From Burkholderiaceae bacterium (GTDB lineage: Bacteria; Pseudomonadota; Gammaproteobacteria; Burkholderiales; Burkholderiaceae_C): a DNA stretch of 58,169 nt. The stretch spans positions 2,556-60,724 of the forward strand of contig DAIOSZ010000001.1 of NCBI GenBank assembly GCA_036752305.1, written 5' to 3'. Below the pieces are notes generated by a model. It saw only the letters and a program-made list of their open reading frames with translations, did not search any database and was not told the origin of the DNA. A program made the translations under genes and the position numbers. Each line of letters starts with the position of its first letter. Position 1 is the stretch's first letter. This document shows, piece after piece, positions 42,392-50,028 of the stretch.

Positions 42392-43243
42392 ATGTCCGCC
42401 CCGCTGTGCGCCGGCCTCGGCCTCAAGCCCGAGCACTTCGACCAGGCGCTGGCCTGTCGCCAGTCGGGCCTGTGGTTCGAGATCCATCCGGAAAACTACC
42501 TGGTGGACGGTGGGCCGCGCCTGGCCTGGCTGGAGGCCATTCGCAGCGAGCATCCGCTGTCGGTGCACAGCGTCTCGCTGTCGCTGGCGGACAGCGAGCC
42601 GCCGGACCAAGCGCGGCTGACCCGGCTGGCGGCGTTCGTGCGGCGCTTTCAGCCAGCCCTGGTGTCCGAGCATCTGGCGTGGTCGTCCTGGCGGGGCCAG
42701 TACCTGCCCGACCTGCTGCCCTTTCCGCGCACCCACGAGGCGCTGTGCGTCGTTGCCGCGAATATTGATCGGCTGCAGAACGCGCTGGGCCGCATCGTCG
42801 CCATCGAGAACCCGGCCCACTACCTTGATCTGCCGGGTCATGACTGGCCGGAGCCAGAATTCCTGGCCGAACTGGTCCGTCGCACCGGCTGCCGCCTGCT
42901 GCTGGACTTGAACAACGTACGGGTATCGGCGCACAACCTGGGCACGACACCCGCCGACTATCTGCGCGACTTTCCCCTTCATGCGGTCGTTGAGCTGCAT
43001 CTGGCGGGCTACAGCGCCGACCCGAGGCTCGGCGATGCGCTGTGGATCGACTCGCACGACGCTCCCGTGTGCGAGGACCTGTGGTCCTTGCTCGCCGGGC
43101 TGCTGGCTCGCACCGGCCCGCTGCCCACCCTGATCGAACGCGACGGGCATCTCCCCGACTTCGCCGAACTGCGGCTGGAAGCCGAGCACGCGCGGCGCCT
43201 GCTGACAGTCCAGGCCGACAGCGCGGCGCTGGTGGACGCATGA
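42392..43243 (+). CDS. bufB: DUF692 / MNIO (multinuclear non-heme iron oxidative) enzyme, BufB-like
   Basis: GLGLKPEHF...WFEIHPENYL..GGPRL..LEAIR..HPLSVHSVSLSL is the typical DUF692 N-terminus. Start is ATG 42392. Confidence 0.9.
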   Translation: MSAPLCAGLGLKPEHFDQALACRQSGLWFEIHPENYLVDGGPRLAWLEAIRSEHPLSVHSVSLSLADSEPPDQARLTRLAAFVRRFQPALVSEHLAWSSWRGQYLPDLLPFPRTHEALCVVAANIDRLQNALGRIVAIENPAHYLDLPGHDWPEPEFLAELVRRTGCRLLLDLNNVRVSAHNLGTTPADYLRDFPLHAVVELHLAGYSADPRLGDALWIDSHDAPVCEDLWSLLAGLLARTGPLPTLIERDGHLPDFAELRLEAEHARRLLTVQADSAALVDA

Positions 43244-44013
43244 ACCCCACTCTGGCCGAGTTTCAGCGCCAGTTCGTCCAGGCTCTGCAAGACGATGGCG
43301 GTGCCGCCGCCGACCCTGCATGGGTCCGCCAAGGCGGCTTTGCCGTCTACCGCAACACCGGCCGCCTGGCCTGCCGGGACGCGCTGCGCGCCAACTACCC
43401 CGTGGTTGCGCGGCTCGTGGGCGCCGACTGGTTCAACGCCGCCGCGGAGCACTATCTGCGCGATCATCCGCCCGCGGACAGCCGGCTGTTGCTGTACGGC
43501 GCGCGATTTCCCGACTTTCTGGAGCCGCTCGCGCGCGCGCATGACCTGCCTTATCTGGTCGAGGTAGCCCGTCTGGACCGCGCCTGGACCGAAGCGCACG
43601 CCGCTGCCGACGCCTCCCCCTGGCAGGCCGATCAACTGGCCGCGCTGCCTCCCGAGGCCTTGGCGACTCTGGTGCTCAGGCCGCACCCCGCTGCCCGCTG
43701 GCACTGGAGCGCCCAGGTTCCGGCCTTCACCCTCTGGTCGCGCCACCGCGCGGACGATGAGCCGAGTTGGGGCGATCTGATTTGGCAAGGCGAGGGCACG
43801 CTGCTGACGCGCGCCTGGGGGGTCGTTCGCTGGGAACCGCTGTCTCGGGCAGGCTGCGCCTTTTTGCAAGCCTGCGCCGATGGCCTGCCCTTGCCCCGGG
43901 CGCTGCAAACCCTTGATGCCCTGGAAACCCAGGTGGACCGGGGCGCGCTGCTCGGTCGCTTGCTGCAGCAGGGTGCTTTTCAACCGCCGTCCGATGAGAG
44001 AACCTCCGCATGA
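43240..44013 (+). CDS. bufC: DUF2063 protein, MNIO partner (BufC-like)
   Basis: The ATG at 43240 overlaps the bufB stop (ATGA). The N-terminus LAEFQRQFVQALQDD is typical of DUF2063. Confidence 0.8.
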   Translation: MNPTLAEFQRQFVQALQDDGGAAADPAWVRQGGFAVYRNTGRLACRDALRANYPVVARLVGADWFNAAAEHYLRDHPPADSRLLLYGARFPDFLEPLARAHDLPYLVEVARLDRAWTEAHAAADASPWQADQLAALPPEALATLVLRPHPAARWHWSAQVPAFTLWSRHRADDEPSWGDLIWQGEGTLLTRAWGVVRWEPLSRAGCAFLQACADGLPLPRALQTLDALETQVDRGALLGRLLQQGAFQPPSDERTSA

Positions 44014-44450
44014 ACGCCTTCACCGCCTGGCACAACGCCATGCTCCTCAAACTGGAATCCCTGAGCCCCGCCGACCTGCTCGCGCTGGCTGCCCGCCTGG
44101 GGATCGCCGCGGTGTTCTGGCAATCCGGCCGCACCAAGGTGGACGAGCAGTTCCACGTGACCGACAGCGCCATCGCGCTGTTCACCGACGAATTCAAGCT
44201 CCCCTTGCTGGACCCGGCATTCGCTGCCCATCTGGCCGCCTACGCCGAGCATCTGTTTCCGCTGCTCCTGGCGCTCGGCCTGCTCACGCGGCTGTCGGCG
44301 CTGGCGCTGCTGGGCATGACGCTGGTGATCCAGATATTCGTCTATCCGGATGCCTGGCCCACCCACCTGAGCTGGGCAGCCATTCTGCTGTTGCTACTGC
44401 ACCATGGCGGCGGGCGCCTGTCAATGGACGCGGTGCTCGGACTGCGCTGA
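44010..44450 (+). CDS. DoxX-family membrane protein
   Basis: ATGA overlap with the upstream gene. Four TM helices and a DoxX pattern (RLGIAAVFWQSGRTKV). Confidence 0.85.
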   Translation: MNAFTAWHNAMLLKLESLSPADLLALAARLGIAAVFWQSGRTKVDEQFHVTDSAIALFTDEFKLPLLDPAFAAHLAAYAEHLFPLLLALGLLTRLSALALLGMTLVIQIFVYPDAWPTHLSWAAILLLLLHHGGGRLSMDAVLGLR

Positions 44451-44538
44451 GGTCCTGCACGCCCGGCGCCACGGCTGCCCACGCCAACCAGATCACCCAC
44501 GTTCACCGGGGGCGGGCGTCGATCATGCCCTCGGGCGG

Positions 44539-45477
44539 CTATGGCTGCTGCTCGGCGCGCCGCTGTGAGCGGCGCGTGGGCGGCATGAGCTCGTTGCTGG
44601 TCACGCCGCCAGCGGGCGCGGCGTTGTTGGCCGGGTCGCCAGCGTTGGTCACTTCGCGCGAGGCCGCCGTGTTGCCGCCCGAGACGCCAAGGCGCCCGCC
44701 CGTGCCCAATCCGCCGCGCACCTCCTGCGCCTGATAGTTGCGCAACGCCACGACCATCTGGTTGTACGAATCGATGAACGCCGCGACGATGAGCTTGCCT
44801 TCGGGCGTGTTGGTAAAGCCGCCCGCGCCGCCGCCACCCAAGCCGCCGAACAGCCCACCGAACAGGTTGAAGTCGGTGTTGCGCGAGCTCCCCTCGGCGG
44901 CGGCGAGCTGCACGCCGGAACGGTTGTCCACCAGGGTCAGCATGGTCGAGGCGTCGCTGAATTGCACGCTGCCGGCCAGCGCGCCCGCCAGGCCGCCGGC
45001 GAAGCGGCCCAGCGCCGCGCCCAGGCCACCGGTGCCTTGCTGGCTGAAGGTGATCGTCGGATTCATCGTGTAGTCGGCCGACACCATCTGGCCGCGCCCA
45101 AAGTTGCTGCCCTGGCGCAACTCGCCGCTTTGCTGCAACGCGCGTTCCTGCGCCATGTTGCGCATGGCCGCGCCGCGCTCGACCACGACGAAGCAGCCCG
45201 ACTGCTGAACCAGCATCCGCAGCACCGGCAGCGTCGATTGCAACCGATGGCTTTGCATCTGCATGAACCAGGGCTGGGTGCTGTCTTCCACCAGCGCGAT
45301 GGTGCCCAGCGCGGCGGGACACCGTTCTAGCTGGGTGTTCGCGTTGTGGCTGCCGGCTCCGGCTGCCGAGCCGGTGGCGGCCGTGCGCGCGTTCTCATTG
45401 CCGATGGTCTGCGCGGCGGCCTGACTTCCCAGCAGCGCCGTCGCCAGCGCCGCGACCATCCAAGGGGTTTTCTTCAT
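44539..45477 (-). CDS. secreted CsgG/HfaB-like protein with Gly-rich C-terminal region
   Basis: AAGGAG RBS before ATG 45477 and a signal peptide ending AAAQ. The order of IALVED.., GCFVVVERG, SADYTMNPTITF and LTLVDNRSGVQ resembles the CsgG fold; this call is tentative. Confidence 0.5.
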   Translation of the reverse strand: MKKTPWMVAALATALLGSQAAAQTIGNENARTAATGSAAGAGSHNANTQLERCPAALGTIALVEDSTQPWFMQMQSHRLQSTLPVLRMLVQQSGCFVVVERGAAMRNMAQERALQQSGELRQGSNFGRGQMVSADYTMNPTITFSQQGTGGLGAALGRFAGGLAGALAGSVQFSDASTMLTLVDNRSGVQLAAAEGSSRNTDFNLFGGLFGGLGGGGAGGFTNTPEGKLIVAAFIDSYNQMVVALRNYQAQEVRGGLGTGGRLGVSGGNTAASREVTNAGDPANNAAPAGGVTSNELMPPTRRSQRRAEQQP

Positions 45478-45580
45478 ACCCGTCACTCCTTCATCATTGA
45501 AGAAGATTATGGGAGGAAAACCCCCGGCCAGACCGTAGCCAAACGTTTCCGATTTTGGTGAATATGCCCGTTGCCGCAGC

Positions 45581-46996
45581 CTACATCGAGAAGATCTTGC
45601 CCGGATTCATGATGCCTTGCGGGTCGAGCGCGCGCTTGAGCGTGCGCATCATCGCCACCGCGCCGTCACCGGCTTCGTTGATCAGAAAATCCATCTTGTG
45701 CAGGCCCACGCCATGCTCGCCCGAGCATGTGCCGCCCAGCGAGAGGGCGCGCGCGACGAGTTGCCGGTTCAACTGTTCCGCGCGCTCGCGCTCGGCGTCG
45801 TCGAGCGGATCGATGAGATAGCCAAAGTGGAAGTTGCCGTCGCCCACGTGGCCGACGAGGAAGTACGGAATGCCGCTGGCGTCAGCCTCGGCCACCGAGT
45901 CGAGCAGGCAGTCGGCCAGGCGCGAGATCGGCACGCAGGTGTCGGTGGAAATGCAGCGGCAGCCCGGCCGGCTTTGCACCGCCGCAAAATATGAGTTGTG
46001 CCGCGCGGTCCACAGGCGCGTGCGCTCCTCGGGCGTGGTCGCCCACTCAAAGCCCGCGCCGCCATGTTCAGCGGCAATGGCCTGCACGGTCTCGGCCTGT
46101 TCCTTGACGCTCGCGGGCGAGCCATGGAATTCCATCAGCAGCATCGGCGTCGGCGCCAGGGACAGCTTGGCGTAGCGGTTGACCATGGCGACGGTGTTGG
46201 CGTCGATCAGCTCCACGCGGGCGATGGGCACGCCAAGCTGGATCGTCTGGATCGTGGTGTTCACCGCGTCGGCGATGCTGGGAAACGAGCACACGGCCGC
46301 CGAGATCGCCTCGGGCAGCGGATACACGCGCAGCGTGACCTCGGTGATGATGCCCAGCGTGCCCTCGCTGCCCACGAACAGGCGCGTGAGGTCGTAGCCG
46401 GCGCTGGACTTCTTGGCCCGCGTGCCGGTGCGGATGACCTCGCCCTGCGCCGTCACCACCTCCAGCGCCAGCACGTTTTCGCGCATCGTGCCGTAGCGCA
46501 CGGCGTTGGTGCCGCTGGCCCGGGTGGCCGTCATGCCGCCAATGCTGGCGTCGGCGCCAGGGTCGATGGGGAAAAACAGTCCCTCGTGCTTGATCGCCTC
46601 GTTGAGCGTCTTGCGCGTCACGCCGGGCTGCACCGTCACCGTCAGATCCTCCGGCTGCGAGACCAACACGCGGTTCATGCGCGAGACGTCGACGCTGATG
46701 CCGCCCTGGACCGCCAGCAAATGGCCTTCCAGCGAGGACCCCACGCCAAAGGCGATCACCGGCGTGCCATGGGCGGCGCACAGCTTCACGGCGTCCTGCA
46801 CGTCCTGCGTGCTTTCGGCGAACACCACGCCGTCGGGCGGCGGCACGGCCACGAAGGCCGACTCGTCGCGACCGTGCTGCTCACGCACGGCGGTGGCCAC
46901 GGAAAAGCGCTCGGCAAAGCGCGCGCGCAGCGCCTCCAGCAGGGCAGCGGGGGCGGTGCGGGGCGCGAGTTGCGCGCCAGATAACGGTGCATTCAT
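45581..46996 (-). CDS. FAD-linked oxidase (GlcD / D-lactate dehydrogenase family)
   Basis: 471 aa with an FAD-binding PCMH domain (VIAFGVGSSLEGH) and a C-terminal GGTCSGEHGVGLHK motif. Confidence 0.9.
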   Translation of the reverse strand: MNAPLSGAQLAPRTAPAALLEALRARFAERFSVATAVREQHGRDESAFVAVPPPDGVVFAESTQDVQDAVKLCAAHGTPVIAFGVGSSLEGHLLAVQGGISVDVSRMNRVLVSQPEDLTVTVQPGVTRKTLNEAIKHEGLFFPIDPGADASIGGMTATRASGTNAVRYGTMRENVLALEVVTAQGEVIRTGTRAKKSSAGYDLTRLFVGSEGTLGIITEVTLRVYPLPEAISAAVCSFPSIADAVNTTIQTIQLGVPIARVELIDANTVAMVNRYAKLSLAPTPMLLMEFHGSPASVKEQAETVQAIAAEHGGAGFEWATTPEERTRLWTARHNSYFAAVQSRPGCRCISTDTCVPISRLADCLLDSVAEADASGIPYFLVGHVGDGNFHFGYLIDPLDDAERERAEQLNRQLVARALSLGGTCSGEHGVGLHKMDFLINEAGDGAVAMMRTLKRALDPQGIMNPGKIFSM

Positions 46997-47083
46997 GGCG
47001 GGGCGGGGTCAATGGCGGAAGGCGCAGTTTACGTGCGCGGCGCCGATAATCCCAGCCCCTTATTTGTCCAGGAGGAATGCCGC

Positions 47084-47650
47084 ATGGGTAACCGTCTCTC
47101 GCAAATCGCCACCCGCACCGGCGACGATGGCACCACCGGGCTGGGCGACGGCGCGCGCGTGCCCAAGAACCATTTGCGCATCGCGGCAATGGGTGAAGTC
47201 GATGAACTGAACTCGCACATCGGCGTGCTGCTGTGCGAGGCGCTGCCCGACCGCGTGCGCGAGCAGCTGGTGGACATTCAGCACCAGCTCTTCAACCTGG
47301 GGGGGGAGTTGTCGATTCCCGGCTACGAGCTGCTCAAGGAGGAGGCCGTGGCGGCGCTGGACGCCGCGCTGGCCGAACACAACGCCACGCTGCCCCGCCT
47401 GGCCGAGTTCATCCTCCCGGCGGGCACGCGCGCGGCCTCGCTGGCGCATGTATGCCGCACGGTAGCGCGGCGCGCCGAGCGCGCCGTCGTCACGCTGGGC
47501 CAGGCAGAAACGGTGCGCGCGGCCCCGCGCCACTACCTCAACCGCCTGTCGGACCTGATGTTTGTGCTGGCCCGGGTGCTGAACCGCCAAAACGGCGGCG
47601 ACGACGTGTATTGGAAGAGTGAACGGCTGGCTCGGGAACTACAAAAATAG
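47084..47650 (+). CDS. PduO-type ATP:cob(I)alamin adenosyltransferase
   Basis: AGGAGGA RBS. The N-terminus TRTGDDGTTGL and DELNSHIG are typical of the PduO/MMAB family. Confidence 0.9.
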   Translation: MGNRLSQIATRTGDDGTTGLGDGARVPKNHLRIAAMGEVDELNSHIGVLLCEALPDRVREQLVDIQHQLFNLGGELSIPGYELLKEEAVAALDAALAEHNATLPRLAEFILPAGTRAASLAHVCRTVARRAERAVVTLGQAETVRAAPRHYLNRLSDLMFVLARVLNRQNGGDDVYWKSERLARELQK

Positions 47651-47825
47651 TAGCTGCCCGTGGTGATGAAATAAGCGATTTTGCCCAATTGCGGGCTAAA
47701 AGCGGGCGCAAAAACCCGGCTTGCCAACCCACCGGGCAGGCCATTAGCCATTTTTCTAACGAAAGGTGGTGTTTTTCATCATCAAAATGGCCTGTCTTCT
47801 AACAAATACAACCACGACCAGCTAT
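47651..47825 (+). repeat. MITE-like intergenic element, copy C (175 bp)
   Basis: It starts immediately after the pduO-type stop. TIRs are TAGCTGCCCGTGGTGAT (47651-47667) and the reverse complement of AACCACGACCAGCTAT (47810-47825). An internal GGCAGGCCATTAGCCATTTTT block is present. Confidence 0.55.
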
Positions 47826-47850
47826 GAAATTTGTTATCAAAATTCATAGC
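47821..47850. promoter_or_regulatory. 30-bp near-perfect palindrome upstream of the calpain-like gene (candidate operator)
   Basis: GCTATGAAATTTG-TTAT-CAAAATTCATAGC has 13-nt arms with 12/13 complementary. It lies 67 nt upstream of ATG 47917. Confidence 0.35.
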
Positions 47851-47916
47851 AGGCGGAATGAAGCCCTCGTTGCCTACGATACGAACGCCCTTCATTGACT
47901 CAGCCCCGCCAGCGCC

Positions 47917-49933
47917 ATGCCCAATCGAACCGACACCGACAGCGGTTATGCCCGGTACCTCTCCAACGCGGTCCTCTATGTGGACGCCCATGAAACCTGG
48001 AAAGTCGGCGAGGCGGGGCAGACCGTCTCGCAGTACCTGACGATCACCGCCAGCGGCCTGACGCAGCTGAGCGACGCCACCACCGGCATCACGGCGCAGG
48101 CCATCGCCAAGACGCCCACGGGTTACCTGCTGTTTGGCGTGTCCAACGCCGATCCGGCCATGTTCTATTCCGCGACCGTCAACACCAGCGGCGTGATCAC
48201 CGACGCGCAGGCGCTGAGTACCGAAGACCTGCTCACCGCGGAAACCAAGCTCTGGGTGGACCTGAATGGCAACGGGGGCATTGGCGACCGCAAGGTCCTG
48301 CTCAACGACGGCATGCTGGCCGACCTGTACGCCGATGGCCTGGGCCATCTGCTCATCAAGGGAGATCTGGGCGCCTTCACGCCACTGCACCTTGGCGGCA
48401 AGGCGCTCACGCAGGCTGCGCTCGGTGACGCGCTCAGCATCACGCAGATCGTCCCCGGCGGAGGGCTTTCAGGCATATATCAAGGACGACAACGGCAGCG
48501 TGTACGAAGCTGGAGTCAGCGCATCCGGCGCCGCCACCGGCGCGGTGCGCCTGCTGTCGGCCGCCGAGGAACAGGCGCTGGAGTCCAGCGTGCAGGCCGA
48601 TCTGAACCAGAAGGGCGATACGCCCGCCCCCTCGGGGTGGACCAGCATGCTCAAGGTCTCGGCGATCCGGGAGAAGGTCGATCAGCTCGGCGCCAACGGG
48701 CAGAAGATCGGCCACGCGGGCCTGGTGAGCATCGTGGACGCGGCGATCGCCAGCCTGGGCGCGGACAGCACCACGGTCTCGCCAGACGTGATCGGCGACC
48801 TGCGCGCCATCGCCATGCGCGGCAAGGCGCTGTTTGCCTCCACCTCGGCCGACGGCAACACGCACGGCGACTACCTCAGCGACGTGTTCGGCAGCATGGT
48901 GGGCTCGTCGGCGGCCAACAACTTCTACACCGGCGGTCAGAAACAGGCTACGGCGCTGGGCAACCTGAGCAGCGAGTCCACCGTCGCGCAGCTCAAGCAG
49001 TTGGAAGCAAAATGGCTGCTCGGCCTGGACAACCCCAACCCGACCATCGAGGGCGACTCCGCCAACCCCAACGCCAGCGCGGCCTCGGGCGTCTACAAGA
49101 CCTTTGAGGGCAGCCTGTTCGTCGATGGCATCTCGTTTGCCGACGTGGCGCAGGGTTCGGCCGGAACCTGCTATCTGCTGGCCGTCGCGGCGGCTTTCGC
49201 TCAGGACCGGCCCGGTTTGATCGAGCAGCTCTTCGTCGACAACGGCGTCTCGGCCTCGGGCGTGCACACCTACGGCGTGCGCCTGTTTGACGCGCAAGGC
49301 GTGGCGCATTGGGTCACGGTCAGCAACCAGTTCGCCGTCAAGGACCTGTCCGACACCGAGCCCCTGTGCGCCAAGCTGTTCGCGCCGGGAACGAGCGGCA
49401 CGCCGGAGTTGTGGATGGCGCTGCTTGAAAAGGCCTACGCGCAGATGAACGAAACCGGGCTGCTGGAACGCGACGGCGCCAACAACGGCAAAAACGCCCT
49501 GTTCGCCATTGAAAACGGCGGCGCCGAGCCCGGCATCTTCCTGGGCGCCAGGGGCGTGGTGGGCTATGCCACCGATGTCCTGGCTCCGGTGACCGTCAAC
49601 GGCGTCGCGGGTTACGAGGCGCGGCCGGTGCCGGCGGGCAACACGGCCCTTGCCGAGGTCGCGAAGTACGTCAACGGCGGCCAGGCCGTCTGGATCAGTT
49701 CAGAAAAAGTGACCCGGGACACCGCAGGCAAAACCCTGTTCACCAACGGCCACGCCTACATGGCCTACGACGCCGACCCCGGCAACCCGACCAACACCAG
49801 CGTCCAGGTGTTCAACCCCTGGGGCGCAACGTCCGCCGCCAGCGACGCGGGCTACGTCGCGCCGTTTGCCGCCGACCTCGCGCAAATCGTCGGCGTGACC
49901 GGGTTCGAGGTGTACATGTTCGGCATCGCTTGA
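47917..49933 (+). pseudogene. calpain-like (peptidase C2) cysteine protease with N-terminal Ca-loop repeats, interrupted by a 1-nt insertion near 48455-48465
   Basis: Frame 1 (47917 to about 48462) and frame 2 (about 48463 to 49933) together give roughly 671 aa. The calpain triad contexts are QGSAGTCYLLA (Cys codon 49169), NGHAYMAY (His 49751) and FNPWG (Asn 49814), plus LWMALLEKAYAQ. The 2017-nt span is one more than a multiple of 3. Confidence 0.75.
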
Positions 49934-50028
49934 GGAGGAGACTTCCTGCGCAACCGCCGTGGGCATGAAACGTTCTCGCCGACACGACGCGCTATCATTT
50001 CTGCTCCTCGGCGCAACCGGTGCGATCG

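Noticed and set aside
48425-49933. An alternative reading of the calpain-like region as two genes, with the second starting at GTG 48425.
   Set aside because: Frame 1 has no stop until 49107, so the first gene would not terminate. The 65-aa repeat unit is continuous only when the two frames are spliced, so a frameshift in a single gene fits better.
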